Below are positions 36,173 through 44,385 of a stretch of DNA of 61,908 nt, in pieces. Position numbers and translations under genes: made by a program. This DNA comes from Candidatus Woesearchaeota archaeon (GTDB lineage: Archaea; Nanobdellota; Nanobdellia; Woesearchaeales; UBA10216). Within the stretch, counting starts at the first letter, position 1, and each line of letters starts with the position of its first letter. Where the stretch lies: the NCBI GenBank assembly GCA_043807015.1, contig JAZDGJ010000047.1, forward strand, positions 1 to 61,908. Reading direction: 5' to 3'. The notes under the pieces are model-generated. The model was not told the origin of the DNA. It saw only the letters and a program-made list of their open reading frames with translations, and searched no databases.

Positions 36173-36771
36173 ATCTCAATAATCTTCCCTTCCCTGCTTA
36201 CATTAATCACTTTCGTCTTGCCAAGCATTTCCTCAATGCCTGCTCCCTCATGGAGATGGCTGCAGATAAGCAGGTCTGGCTGAAGCTTCCTAACTGCTTT
36301 AGTAACGCCACTGCTGCCGCGGACAAAATCAGAGAACCTTTCCATAATTGTTTCTGCAGGATGGACATGGGTTACCATAATTCTTTTTTCAGCTTCTTTT
36401 ATTTCCTCATGGGCTTTCATAAGTGTGTTGAAAATTTCCTCCTCTGACAGCTGGAACACCCCGCAGTTTGCCCCGCCGCAGCCAAAGAAGCCAATATTAT
36501 CCGTCTTGTAAGGGTAGCTGTGGAGATTTACTGCGCCGTATTTTTTTGCAAGAAAATCCACTGTTGCGATGGTCTCATGATTTCCCGGAAGAATCAGCAC
36601 CTTCCTGTTTTTCTTTACAAAAGGACCTACCAGGTAGTCTGTTGATATCTCTCCCATGGTTAAATCGCCGCATAATACAACCAGGTCAACATTTTCCTCC
36701 TCAGCCTGCTTTGCAAGCCTCTTTACAAGGCTGGAGTCATTATGCATGCAGCCGGCAGCAAGTATTTTCAT
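36169..36771 (-). CDS. Calcineurin-like metallophosphoesterase
   Basis: MKILAAGCMHND, VVLCGDLT, LPGNHE, VTHVHP and CSHLHEG. An alternative start at 36816 would overlap tsaC. Confidence 0.75.
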   Translation of the reverse strand: MKILAAGCMHNDSSLVKRLAKQAEEENVDLVVLCGDLTMGEISTDYLVGPFVKKNRKVLILPGNHETIATVDFLAKKYGAVNLHSYPYKTDNIGFFGCGGANCGVFQLSEEEIFNTLMKAHEEIKEAEKRIMVTHVHPAETIMERFSDFVRGSSGVTKAVRKLQPDLLICSHLHEGAGIEEMLGKTKVINVSREGKIIEI

Positions 36772-36802
36772 GAGCTTCAGAAGTCTTGGGAGCTTTAAAA
36801 GC

Positions 36803-37375
36803 TTATCGCTCAACAACCTCTACTTTTTCGTCGTAGAGCTTTACAACTGTGGAAGGCCTGCCCTTCTTTTCTTTTTCATAAATTGTGAAGCTTATTTTCG
36901 GCTTTATGCGCTCGTCAAGGTCATCTAGTGAGGTCATATAGGCTTCTCCTGCGACATTTGCGCTGGTGCTGACCACAGGAATGCCCAGCTCCTTTACGAA
37001 AGCGTTGAACCAATGGTTTGGAATCCTTATCCCAAGGGTGTCTCCACCAAGGTTTACCTCTTTTGCCACAGTTTTTTTGTTTTTCAGCCTAAGAATCAGC
37101 GTGTAAGGACCAGGCAATTTCTCAATCCAGCTTATTGCTTTTTCTGAAAACTCGCAGTTGTCATATATCCACTTCTTTGAAGGAACAATAACAGAAAACG
37201 GATTGTCTTTCCGCTGCTTTGCCTCGCGGACTTTTTTCACCGCGGCAGCGTTAGTTGCATCGCAGCCGATGCCGTAGATTGTGTCCGTAGGGTGGATGAA
37301 TATTACACCAGCCTCTATCTTTGAGATGAATTCTGACTTGCGCTGCATGAACTCATCCTTCGTTACAATCTCCAT
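36803..37375 (-). CDS. tsaC: L-threonylcarbamoyladenylate synthase (YrdC/TsaC type)
   Basis: IFIHPTDTIYGIGCDA, the SANVAGE block and a ~190-aa YrdC-only architecture. Confidence 0.85.
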   Translation of the reverse strand: MEIVTKDEFMQRKSEFISKIEAGVIFIHPTDTIYGIGCDATNAAAVKKVREAKQRKDNPFSVIVPSKKWIYDNCEFSEKAISWIEKLPGPYTLILRLKNKKTVAKEVNLGGDTLGIRIPNHWFNAFVKELGIPVVSTSANVAGEAYMTSLDDLDERIKPKISFTIYEKEKKGRPSTVVKLYDEKVEVVER

Positions 37376-37432
37376 AAGCCGGCGTCTCTCTGCCCCTTAT
37401 TTATATTTTGCGATTCTTTGAAACATGGCGAT

Positions 37433-37792
37433 TCACCTTGTAAATATCTCGCAAAGTTTCTCTTGGACCTGCTTGATTTTTGTTTCTTTGAGTTTTCCTG
37501 CTCGGTAGTTGACTATTGAAATATCTGCAGTAAAGAGCCTGCTCGGCCTGATGAAGCTGTCCATTTTTAATTTTCCCTGACGAAAATCATTTTCGCTTAG
37601 AAGTATCGCATCTTGGTCATCCCTCTGTTGGCTTGTTATTTGGCAGAGTATTAAGTCATTGCCCTTCAGAGTCGCTGCAACCAAACTTGGTCTGTTCTTG
37701 GATGAGCTTAAGTCTGAGAAAGGGAAAGGGATTACAACAATGTCGCCTTTCACAAATCTTTCCACGCCTCTTCGTCCTCTTTTGAATTCCAA
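37433..37792 (-). CDS. mazF: MazF/PemK-family toxin
   Basis: KGDIVVIPFPFSDLSSSKNRPSLV is the canonical PemK/MazF N-terminal block. Confidence 0.85.
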   Translation of the reverse strand: MEFKRGRRGVERFVKGDIVVIPFPFSDLSSSKNRPSLVAATLKGNDLILCQITSQQRDDQDAILLSENDFRQGKLKMDSFIRPSRLFTADISIVNYRAGKLKETKIKQVQEKLCEIFTR

Positions 37793-38004
37793 TCCTTGGC
37801 AAGAACCTTTTCACTTGCCAGTGCAGTAAACAGCTTCTCGCTTATCTGTTTCATCGGTCTTAATTCAATCCTGTCTTGATATACTATGATGCCTATTTTT
37901 GAGCCGTTTTTTAGTCCTGCCTTCACCCTTGCTGCCTGCGGAATGCAAATCTGCCCTTTTTCCGTTATTGTTGCTGTCTTTATTTCCATAATCTCCTTTT
38001 GCAT
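37750..38004 (-). CDS. AbrB/SpoVT-fold antitoxin
   Basis: ATITEKGQICIPQAARVKAGLKNGSKI is a SpoVT/AbrB swapped-hairpin motif. It overlaps the toxin gene. Confidence 0.8.
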   Translation of the reverse strand: MQKEIMEIKTATITEKGQICIPQAARVKAGLKNGSKIGIIVYQDRIELRPMKQISEKLFTALASEKVLAKDWNSKEDEEAWKDL

Positions 38005-38025
38005 CTTCTTACCTCCTGCTTCTTA

Positions 38026-38043
38026 TAAGTAAGATAAGTAAGA
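38026..38043. promoter_or_regulatory. Tandem 9-nt direct repeat between the TATA box and the antitoxin start (probable operator)
   Basis: TAAGTAAGA occurs twice in tandem, flanked by the inverted CTTCTTA...TAAGAAG. TATA-like GTATTTATATTTT lies at 38046-38058. Confidence 0.5.
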
Positions 38044-38324
38044 AGTATTTATATTTTACTAATAAAAACTCATCCTTCCCCGTCTCGGCTGGAAAAAGAA
38101 TTCCTCAAAGTGATTCTCGCTTTTCCCCTGGCTTTTCCACTTTATCGCGTCCTGCTGGCAGATGCTTATCATGCTCCCCCTCCAACTCCCGCAGTATTGA
38201 GGCTGAGGCGCTTGACTTGTTCGTAAAAGAGCTTGCTTATGGTTTCATTGGTCAGGTCCATTTTCATCACCATACTCTTGAATGCCTGATTCCTTTAAAT
38301 AGCCCGCTCAGCTGGTTGTCCAGT

Positions 38325-38570
38325 GGCTAGTGCTAACCTGTCCGAGGTGTTCGTGGCGCCCTGAGCTATGCTCAGGTTGATGTTTCCCGCTGCCAGCAAA
38401 GTCTGGCTCCCTTAGGTCGGCATAAAGCCGACCAGTTACGACGTTGTAGGTTCGCGGGACTTTATGTCCCGCTTAAGCGCGTAGACAGAGCGCCTGTCAC
38501 GGGAAAGCAACAAGTCCCTTGGACCGCCACGAACAAGGTTAAGTAGCTCTGAGATGGCACGCTAGTGCCG
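38325..38570 (+). ncRNA. Candidate ~245-nt structured ncRNA of undetermined family, containing repeat copy 2 (38391..38499)
   Basis: TATA CCTTTAAATAGC (38292-38303) lies about 25 nt upstream. A long-range helix pairs GTTCGTGGCG (38349-58) with CGCCACGAAC (38525-34). A hairpin CCTGAGC-TAT-GCTCAGG lies at 38360-76. The four element hairpins follow, then a 3' hairpin GGCAC-GCTA-GTGCC and TTATTT. No credible ORF is present. Confidence 0.55.
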
Positions 38571-38606
38571 TAACTTATTTAAACCGCCCTTATTTTGCCC
38601 TTGCCA

Positions 38607-39287
38607 ATGAAACTCAGCATAATAATGCCTGCTTATAATGAAGAGAAGGATATTCTGAAAATCATAAAGAAAGTGCAGGCTGTAAAGCTGCCGATGCAGA
38701 AGGAGATTATCATAGTTGATGATGGCAGCAGGGACAAGACAAGAGAGATTCTTTCTGGAGTAAAGGGCAAAGAGATAAGGGTAATCCTGCATGAAAAGAA
38801 CAAGGGCAAGGGCGCGGCGATAAGGACCGGCTTGTCAAAGGCAACCGGCGACATAATCCTGATACAGGATGCTGATGACGAATATGACCCAAACGAATAC
38901 CCCAAGCTTATAGAGCCCTTGCTCAATAGCGCAATGGTTGTATACGGCTCAAGATTCTACGGAAGGCACATACCCAGGTATAGGTTCTACTACCTTGGCA
39001 ACAAAGTCCTTACAGCAGCCACAAACCTCCTGTACGGCGGAAACATAAGCGACATGGAAACCTGCTACAAAGTGTTCAAAAGGGAAGCGATAAAAGGCAT
39101 GGTGCTCAGGGCAAGAAGGTTTGACTTTGAGCCTGAAATAACTGCCAAGTTCCTCAAGAGGGGTTACAAGATTGTTGAGGTGCCAATAAGCTACAAGAGC
39201 CGCTCGTTCCAAGAAGGCAAGAAGATAAAGTGGACTGACGGCATAATAGCGCTTTGGTATCTTATAAAATACAGGTTTGTTGACTGA
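38607..39287 (+). CDS. Family-2 glycosyltransferase (dolichyl-phosphate sugar synthase-like)
   Basis: LSIIMPAYNEE, IIIVDDGSRDKT and IQDADDEYDP. ATG at 38607; the track start at 38595 is a TTG. Confidence 0.85.
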   Translation: MKLSIIMPAYNEEKDILKIIKKVQAVKLPMQKEIIIVDDGSRDKTREILSGVKGKEIRVILHEKNKGKGAAIRTGLSKATGDIILIQDADDEYDPNEYPKLIEPLLNSAMVVYGSRFYGRHIPRYRFYYLGNKVLTAATNLLYGGNISDMETCYKVFKREAIKGMVLRARRFDFEPEITAKFLKRGYKIVEVPISYKSRSFQEGKKIKWTDGIIALWYLIKYRFVD

Positions 39288-39416
39288 CTATTTTCTGCAG
39301 GTTCCCCTGCATGGACCGATGCCGTTGCAGGTGCAGCCGACTCCGTATTGCTTCTTAGAATCATTTTGGTACATGCTTCCGCAGCACCCATAGCCGCAGC
39401 CTGAATTGTATGTCAT
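39288..39416 (-). CDS. 42-aa Cys/Gly-rich small protein (unannotated ORF)
   Basis: The minus-strand frame gives MTYNSGCGYGCCGSMYQNDSKKQYGVGCTCNGIGPCRGTCRK*, with 7 Cys and 9 Gly. TATA-like AAACTATTTATT lies about 25 nt upstream. It is below the track length cut-off. Confidence 0.4.
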   Translation of the reverse strand: MTYNSGCGYGCCGSMYQNDSKKQYGVGCTCNGIGPCRGTCRK

Positions 39417-39477
39417 AACCGCAGAAAATCCTGCCTGAATAAATAGTTTTTTATTTTGCTGCTATATCTCAGCGGTC

Positions 39478-39747
39478 ATGAAGCGTGTTAAAATCATTGT
39501 CTCAGGCAGGGTTCAGGGCGTGTTCTACAGGAACTTTGCCAAGCTGGAGGCAGAGAAACTGGGAATATCAGGCTTTGCAAGGAACTTGCGAGACGGCACT
39601 GTTGAGATAATAGCAGAGGGCGGCGAAAAAGCCCTTGAGCAGCTGAAAAAGCAGCTCTGGAAAGGCCCAACAATGTCCTTTGTGAAAAACGTCATAACTT
39701 CAGAAACAGACAACACAGAAGAATTTGAAGGGTTTGATATAAGGTAA
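39478..39747 (+). CDS. acyP: Acylphosphatase
   Basis: VSGRVQGVFYRNF...GFARNLRDGTVEIIAEG is the acylphosphatase signature. Confidence 0.85.
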   Translation: MKRVKIIVSGRVQGVFYRNFAKLEAEKLGISGFARNLRDGTVEIIAEGGEKALEQLKKQLWKGPTMSFVKNVITSETDNTEEFEGFDIR

Positions 39748-39753
39748 AAAAAA

Positions 39754-40278
39754 TTATGCCGCTGCTCCAGTTGAGCCCGCGGCTGTGCTATACGCCAGTT
39801 TTTCAAGACTTTGGCCATTGCCCGCCAATATGGGCAGCCTCTGCTTAATATCTTTCATAATCCTGCCGAGATAATCTGCCCTTAATGCGGATGCCAGTGC
39901 AACTCCTGGCTGTGTCCGAACCAAGTCCTTTGCATCCCTAACAAGCAGTTCTTGTTCGGTTTCTATGGCTTGAAACAGTGTTCCCAGTGTGTCCGCTAGA
40001 TTATCGCTGTCAGGAATGCCGCTTGTTCCAGCTTCCACAGCAAGGCGGTAAAGCTCATTTTTCGTAAAAGTTCCATCTTTTAGCCCCTCAGGCAAAATTG
40101 TATAACCCTTTGTGGCAGTGCCAAATGAACCTCTCTCTTCTGTTGTTACCCATCTTCCACCGCCAACACCCATACGCGTTGCGTCTTCGTAGCCAATCCT
40201 GTACCTTTCATTTGGATCTTTTCTAATGCCCATTCTGGCAAGAGTTTCTAAATCCAAATCTTCTGCTGTCGATACCAT
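39754..40278 (-). CDS. Hypothetical protein (third gene of the trio downstream of orc1/cdc6)
   Basis: 174-aa ORF. No motif recognised. Confidence 0.5.
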   Translation of the reverse strand: MVSTAEDLDLETLARMGIRKDPNERYRIGYEDATRMGVGGGRWVTTEERGSFGTATKGYTILPEGLKDGTFTKNELYRLAVEAGTSGIPDSDNLADTLGTLFQAIETEQELLVRDAKDLVRTQPGVALASALRADYLGRIMKDIKQRLPILAGNGQSLEKLAYSTAAGSTGAAA

Positions 40279-40301
40279 TTTATCATCCCTCCATTAGATT
40301 A

Positions 40302-40928
40302 TTATACGCCTGCTACTACAAGCTGCCTTTCAGGCTTTCCTGCAGCAATTTCATTGTTAACCCTAGTTTCAAGACCGACGAAGCCTCGAATTTTAAAAGG
40401 AATTTTGACTAAATCGCCAGTGCCGCTCTCCGTTGCCACTGCATAGAATTCTATTGGCTCAGGCAGGACCATGGCCGGTCCAGAATATCCAATTGGCGCT
40501 ATATAGTGGTTGTCCGCATATTTCCTCGGATGCATGAAGGTGCCACCCCTTCCAATAATGACATAACCCTCATCTGTATCCGGACTTGTGAAACCCAAGA
40601 CAAAACCCGGCGCATTCTTTTTGGCGTCCCTTTTCCGCTTTGCAGTAAGTCTTCCAAAATATTTTTCAGCAAGCTCAGCAAGCTTTTTTGAGGAATCTAT
40701 TACGAACTCCCAACTGTGAAAATCAACAGCGTGGTTAGTTACTTTCTCTCCGTAACGCGGCACTCCTAAATCGGTGACGTGTTCTATAACGGAGTTCTCA
40801 AGCCCCCCCACATCGTAAATCTGGGAAATAGGCTTCTTCTTTAGATTCTTGGCTCCCATTTTTACGAGGGAATGCCTTAAGCCACCTGGTTCACACCACC
40901 CAGGATTACTCGTTTCAGGTTTATCCAT
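40302..40928 (-). CDS. Hypothetical protein (second gene of the trio)
   Basis: 208-aa ORF. No motif recognised. Confidence 0.5.
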   Translation of the reverse strand: MDKPETSNPGWCEPGGLRHSLVKMGAKNLKKKPISQIYDVGGLENSVIEHVTDLGVPRYGEKVTNHAVDFHSWEFVIDSSKKLAELAEKYFGRLTAKRKRDAKKNAPGFVLGFTSPDTDEGYVIIGRGGTFMHPRKYADNHYIAPIGYSGPAMVLPEPIEFYAVATESGTGDLVKIPFKIRGFVGLETRVNNEIAAGKPERQLVVAGV

Positions 40929-40990
40929 TTTGCATCAAAAACAACCATTAGAAGCCCAACTATTTAAATCTTTCTATTTTTTACCACTTA

Positions 40991-41272
40991 TTAGTAGTTA
41001 CTTTCTTGTAGAAGGTCCTTGTAGTAAAGGTTTCCCAGCCTAATACGCTCCTGCAAAGGCTGATTTTCAGTCATATAATCCGGCGCCGTTGCAAGCCCAA
41101 CCGCAACTTTTACAGCCCAGCGGGTATTTTTAATTTGAGAATTTCCCGCATACCCTCCCCTCTCATCAATCTCTTTTTGAACGAGAAAATTTATCGTCTC
41201 TGTTATTTTATCCTCTGGTATTCCAAAATATAGGCTGGCACCTTTTGCAAGGTCATCAATGGTTTCAGGCAT
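40991..41272 (-). CDS. Hypothetical protein (first gene of the trio)
   Basis: 93-aa ORF. TATA-like GATAGTTATATT lies upstream on the minus strand. Confidence 0.45.
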   Translation of the reverse strand: MPETIDDLAKGASLYFGIPEDKITETINFLVQKEIDERGGYAGNSQIKNTRWAVKVAVGLATAPDYMTENQPLQERIRLGNLYYKDLLQESNY

Positions 41273-41320
41273 AGAAATCGGGAAATGCTTTGCAATATAA
41301 CTATCTTTTGCAGGCAGAAG

Positions 41321-42391
41321 TCAAAACTCCGTCAGCTTCTTCTCGCCTTCAAAGCTGATTATTGTTGTTGCGCCTTCTGAGCCGCCGGCAATCTTCTTAG
41401 TGCTTATGAATTTGTCCTCCTCTAATTTGGCAATTCTTCGCTGGAATGTCTTATATGCTGTTTTGCCGCCCTTGTCCTGGAATATCCTGTATATCTCTCC
41501 AATCCTCTTGCCAGAGTTCTCCTTTATGACATCAAGAATCATCTTTGACTCGTCTTCCAAGGTGGCTTTGTCTTTTACAGAGAATTCGTCAAGCTTTGAG
41601 ACAGCCTTTTCCACGTCAGCCATCGCTATCTTCTTAGAAGAGCGCTCCTCAGCAGCATTGCCTGCCTCTTTCATCAGATAAAGCCCTGAGCGTATGTCCT
41701 GCATCTCTGATGTCTTGCGGGCAATTGCCTCAAAGGCGTCATCTTCCCACACGCCAGAAACAAAGGCAATCTCCCTCCTCTGCAGGAGTATTCCCTTTGC
41801 TTCTGTGTAATTGTATGGCTTGAACTCAAGCACTTCTGCAGTTAATCTTGATTTAATCCTTGGGTCAAGCTCTGCAATCCACTCTTTCTTGTTTGAGATG
41901 AGTATTATTGACTTCTTGTAAATCTCCTCAAGAAGATTATAGACAAAGTCAAGCTCCTCCATCTTGTCAATCTCGTCAAACACAAAAACAGCCGCCTGCT
42001 CATTGAGCATTTTCTTGACGATGTCAAAAAGCTCGTCAGTCCTTTTGTTTTGGGTGAACTTGTAGCCCAAAACAGCGGAAATCTCAAGCAGAATCTTGAA
42101 GCTGGTGTTCTTGTGCCAGCAGTTTACATAAATCGGCACTATTTCGTCTGTTTCATCCTTAAGCTCGTCAAGAAGATGCCTGCACGCAACAGTCTTGCCA
42201 ACGCCGGAAGGTCCATAAACTACAACGTTCATGCCCTCCCTGCCCTGGAACAAAGGCCTCATGGCAGTGGCTATCTGTCGCATCTCCTTCTCGCGGTAGG
42301 GCACTATCTTCGGCTGGTGGTCATAATTCAACGCCTCAGCATCCTTGAAAAGGCTCTCTCCACCAGACAGCATATCCCTGAAAAACGCCAT
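41321..42391 (-). CDS. cdc6: Orc1/Cdc6 AAA+ replication initiator
   Basis: Walker A VVYGPSGVGKTV, Walker B VFVFDEID and a C-terminal winged helix (..YKTFQRRIAKLEEDKFIS..). Confidence 0.9.
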   Translation of the reverse strand: MAFFRDMLSGGESLFKDAEALNYDHQPKIVPYREKEMRQIATAMRPLFQGREGMNVVVYGPSGVGKTVACRHLLDELKDETDEIVPIYVNCWHKNTSFKILLEISAVLGYKFTQNKRTDELFDIVKKMLNEQAAVFVFDEIDKMEELDFVYNLLEEIYKKSIILISNKKEWIAELDPRIKSRLTAEVLEFKPYNYTEAKGILLQRREIAFVSGVWEDDAFEAIARKTSEMQDIRSGLYLMKEAGNAAEERSSKKIAMADVEKAVSKLDEFSVKDKATLEDESKMILDVIKENSGKRIGEIYRIFQDKGGKTAYKTFQRRIAKLEEDKFISTKKIAGGSEGATTIISFEGEKKLTEF

Positions 42392-42441
42392 ACTGCCAAG
42401 GCTTCCCTCGAGATTTAAATAGTTTATGGCTAGAATGCGCT

Positions 42442-42804
42442 TCAGACTTCAACAAGGTTTCTTATCTCACCAGCTACAAGCACATATTTTTCCTTTTTAA
42501 GAAGCCCGATAGTCTTGTAAACAATCCTTTTGCTCACAGTAAACAGCCGATAAGGTTTTATCTTGCTGTCAAACTCAAGAAAACCCTTTTCCATATCCTT
42601 GTTGGTTACGCTTATGATATGCGGCACCTCAGCAGGATTGCTTGTTATAAGGCAGCAGACAACATCATCGCTGGCTTTATTGAACCTGTTGTTTGAGACC
42701 ACCAGCGCAGGCCTTTTCTTTGCGCTGCTTAAATCTGTATAGGGAAAAGGAAGAAGCACTATGCTCCTTTGTTCAATACTTGTTCCATCTTTCATCATAC
42801 TCAT
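42442..42804 (-). CDS. mazF: MazF/PemK-family toxin (second copy)
   Basis: RSIVLLPFPYTDLSSAKKRPALVVS. Confidence 0.8.
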   Translation of the reverse strand: MSMMKDGTSIEQRSIVLLPFPYTDLSSAKKRPALVVSNNRFNKASDDVVCCLITSNPAEVPHIISVTNKDMEKGFLEFDSKIKPYRLFTVSKRIVYKTIGLLKKEKYVLVAGEIRNLVEV

Positions 42805-43033
42805 TGTTCCACTCCTTTTTCAGGCTTTCCTGGGAGGCAAGCATTGTCTCTGTGCTTTCAGCGTTGATTTCTAAGCGCTTTAGCATTTCATTTACCTTAG
42901 TCAGGATTATCCTGCCTTTTTCTGACATCAGCAAGAGCTTTTCTCCCTTCTTGAGATTCATCTCTTTTCTCACAGACTTAGGTATGCTAATCTGGCCCTT
43001 CTCGCTCAACGTTATTGTTCTTATTTCTGTCAT
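42773..43033 (-). CDS. AbrB/SpoVT-fold antitoxin (second copy)
   Basis: ITLSEKGQISIPKSVRKEMNLKKGEKL. It overlaps the toxin gene. Confidence 0.8.
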   Translation of the reverse strand: MTEIRTITLSEKGQISIPKSVRKEMNLKKGEKLLLMSEKGRIILTKVNEMLKRLEINAESTETMLASQESLKKEWNNEYDERWNKY

Positions 43034-43057
43034 TTTACTTATTTTACAAGTAAAATG
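43031..43057. promoter_or_regulatory. 10-bp inverted repeat overlapping the antitoxin start codon (probable operator)
   Basis: CATTTTACTT-ATTTTAC-AAGTAAAATG, with the direct repeat ATTTTAC occurring twice. Confidence 0.5.
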
Positions 43058-43199
43058 AACTAATATTTAAGCTTTGCTCTAAAACGGCAGAAGATTAGTT
43101 ACTGTTAAGAAATAAGTTAAATCTTCTTCTTCCCAACTGCAGTCAAGCAAATTCCATTTTATCAGAAAGCATAAATATAAGTGTAAATAAAACACCTCT

Positions 43200-43877
43200 G
43201 TGAAAGCTAACGCTTCTCAGATAAAGGTTGCAGTTGACGCTGTTGTATTCAGCGTTGTCAATGAAAGCCTTAAGGTGCTTCTGATACGGCGCAAGAAGGC
43301 TCCTTTCAAAGGAATGTATGCGCTTCCCGGCGGGTTTGTCGAGCCACATGAAAACCTTGAAGAGGCTGTCAAAAGGGAGCTGGCAGAGGAAACCAATGTA
43401 AAGAATGTCTTCCTGCAGCAGCTTGGCGCCTATGGCGAACTGGAGAGAGATCCAAGGGGAAGGATTGTCAGCATTGCATTCCTTGCTTTCATAAGCCCTG
43501 AGCAAAAATTAGGCTCGACCAAAGATGCTGCCGGCGCAGAATGGCATTCAGCAGATGACCTGGATGACCTTGCGTTTGACCACAGGAAGATTATAGAAGA
43601 CTCCCTCAGGCAGATCAGGTATGAGATACAGACAACGAACATAGCATTCCAGATTCTCCCGACTGAATTCACACTCAGCGAGCTCCAGCACCTTTACGAG
43701 CTCGTCCTTAAAATGCCCCTTGACAAGAGGAATTTCAGGAGGCGCATAAAAGAATTGGATATCCTCAAGAAAATCAGCGGCGCAAAGATGGAAGGCGCGC
43801 ACAGGCCTGCGCAGCTCTACAGCTTCAGAGAGAGGGAGTACAAGCCGCTGAAGGACAGGATACACATCTTCACTTAG
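43200..43877 (+). CDS. nrtR: NrtR-like regulator (Nudix domain plus C-terminal wHTH)
   Basis: Nudix box GGFVEPHENLEEAVKRELAEETNV. The C-terminal block FTLSELQHLYELVL...DKRNFRRRI...PAQLYSF is typical of the NrtR wHTH. The start is a GTG. Confidence 0.75.
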   Translation: MKANASQIKVAVDAVVFSVVNESLKVLLIRRKKAPFKGMYALPGGFVEPHENLEEAVKRELAEETNVKNVFLQQLGAYGELERDPRGRIVSIAFLAFISPEQKLGSTKDAAGAEWHSADDLDDLAFDHRKIIEDSLRQIRYEIQTTNIAFQILPTEFTLSELQHLYELVLKMPLDKRNFRRRIKELDILKKISGAKMEGAHRPAQLYSFREREYKPLKDRIHIFT

Positions 43878-43930
43878 AATCTGGTTTCTGCGTTTTTCAA
43901 CCGTTTTTTGCACAAAATTTATATACTTAA

Positions 43931-43949
43931 TAGTGTATACCATACACTA
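43931..43949. promoter_or_regulatory. Candidate NrtR operator 1 (perfect palindrome)
   Basis: TAGTGTAT-ACC-ATACACTA, which contains GT-N7-AC. Confidence 0.55.
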
Positions 43950-43989
43950 AGCTCGCATAGTTGAAAATTATGCGGGCTTTTTTAAGCAG

Positions 43990-44013
43990 GTAGTAAGTGT
44001 ATAAAATACAATA
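43990..44013. promoter_or_regulatory. Candidate NrtR operator 2, overlapping a TATA box
   Basis: GTAGTAAGTGTATAAAATACAATA. The first 15 nt are identical to box 3, and GTATAAAATAC fits GT-N7-AC. Confidence 0.5.
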
Positions 44014-44028
44014 AGTAGGTGAGGATTG

Positions 44029-44337
44029 ATGGCGGCACCAACTGAAGGGGAAAAGCTTGCAGACAAGGTGGAACGGCTGACCAACGAACTGGATGCAATG
44101 CAAAGGCAGATGGCTGCCTGCAGGCATGAGTTTGGCGAGCCTAAAGCTACCACCAAGGACGTATTTGATACCGTATTACTCAGATACGAAGGGCATGGCT
44201 CTGACCCAGAGCCCGTATATGAATACATCAGAAAAAAAGAGCATGGCTGGACGAGGGTTTGCGATATTTGCGGATACCGGCAATATACTACGGAATCAAA
44301 ACCAATAGTTACTGGATTCGAACCAGATTTCAAATAA
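44029..44337 (+). CDS. Hypothetical ~100-aa protein with a possible split Cys pair (Zn-ribbon-like)
   Basis: ...ACRHEF... and ...VCDICGY.... It is preceded by box 2 and lies between nrtR and pncB. Confidence 0.45.
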   Translation: MAAPTEGEKLADKVERLTNELDAMQRQMAACRHEFGEPKATTKDVFDTVLLRYEGHGSDPEPVYEYIRKKEHGWTRVCDICGYRQYTTESKPIVTGFEPDFK

Positions 44338-44348
44338 TTTTTTAAAAA

Positions 44349-44372
44349 GTAGTAAGTGTATAAGTGACAATA
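44349..44372. promoter_or_regulatory. Candidate NrtR operator 3, upstream of pncB
   Basis: GTAGTAAGTGTATAAGTGACAATA. GTATAAGTGAC fits GT-N7-AC. Confidence 0.5.
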
Positions 44373-44385
44373 ATGGTGATGCAAA

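Noticed and set aside
30056-38499. The two ~110-nt repeats as att sites of an integrated mobile element
   Set aside because: The intervening genes are housekeeping (archease, rtcB, tsaC) and include no integrase. The repeats have diverged with structure-preserving substitutions, whereas integration duplicates would be identical.
38325-38570. Assignment of the candidate ncRNA to RNase P RNA or SRP RNA
   Set aside because: Similarity to RNase P CR-I is limited to about 16 of 21 nt. The only possible P4 partner overlaps a hairpin that is supported by compensatory changes. In either orientation the SRP helix-8 motifs (GNAR loop, AGCA and AGG loops) do not fit. I left the family unassigned.
39191-39391. 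66-aa track ORF on the minus strand
   Set aside because: It overlaps the 3' end of the GT2 gene and has no features. A different minus-strand frame (39288..39416) gives a compact Cys/Gly-rich peptide with its own TATA box, and I preferred that one.
42392-42441. Replication origin next to orc1/cdc6
   Set aside because: Only about 50 nt of spacer exists on each side, and I found no ORB-like inverted repeats or an extended AT-rich unwinding region there.
44300-44325. GGTTCGAATCC (a T-loop-like sequence) on the minus strand
   Set aside because: Only a 4-bp T-stem is possible. The surrounding ~70 nt are AT-rich, with no acceptor, D or anticodon arms, and the sequence lies within a coding frame. 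It is not a tRNA.
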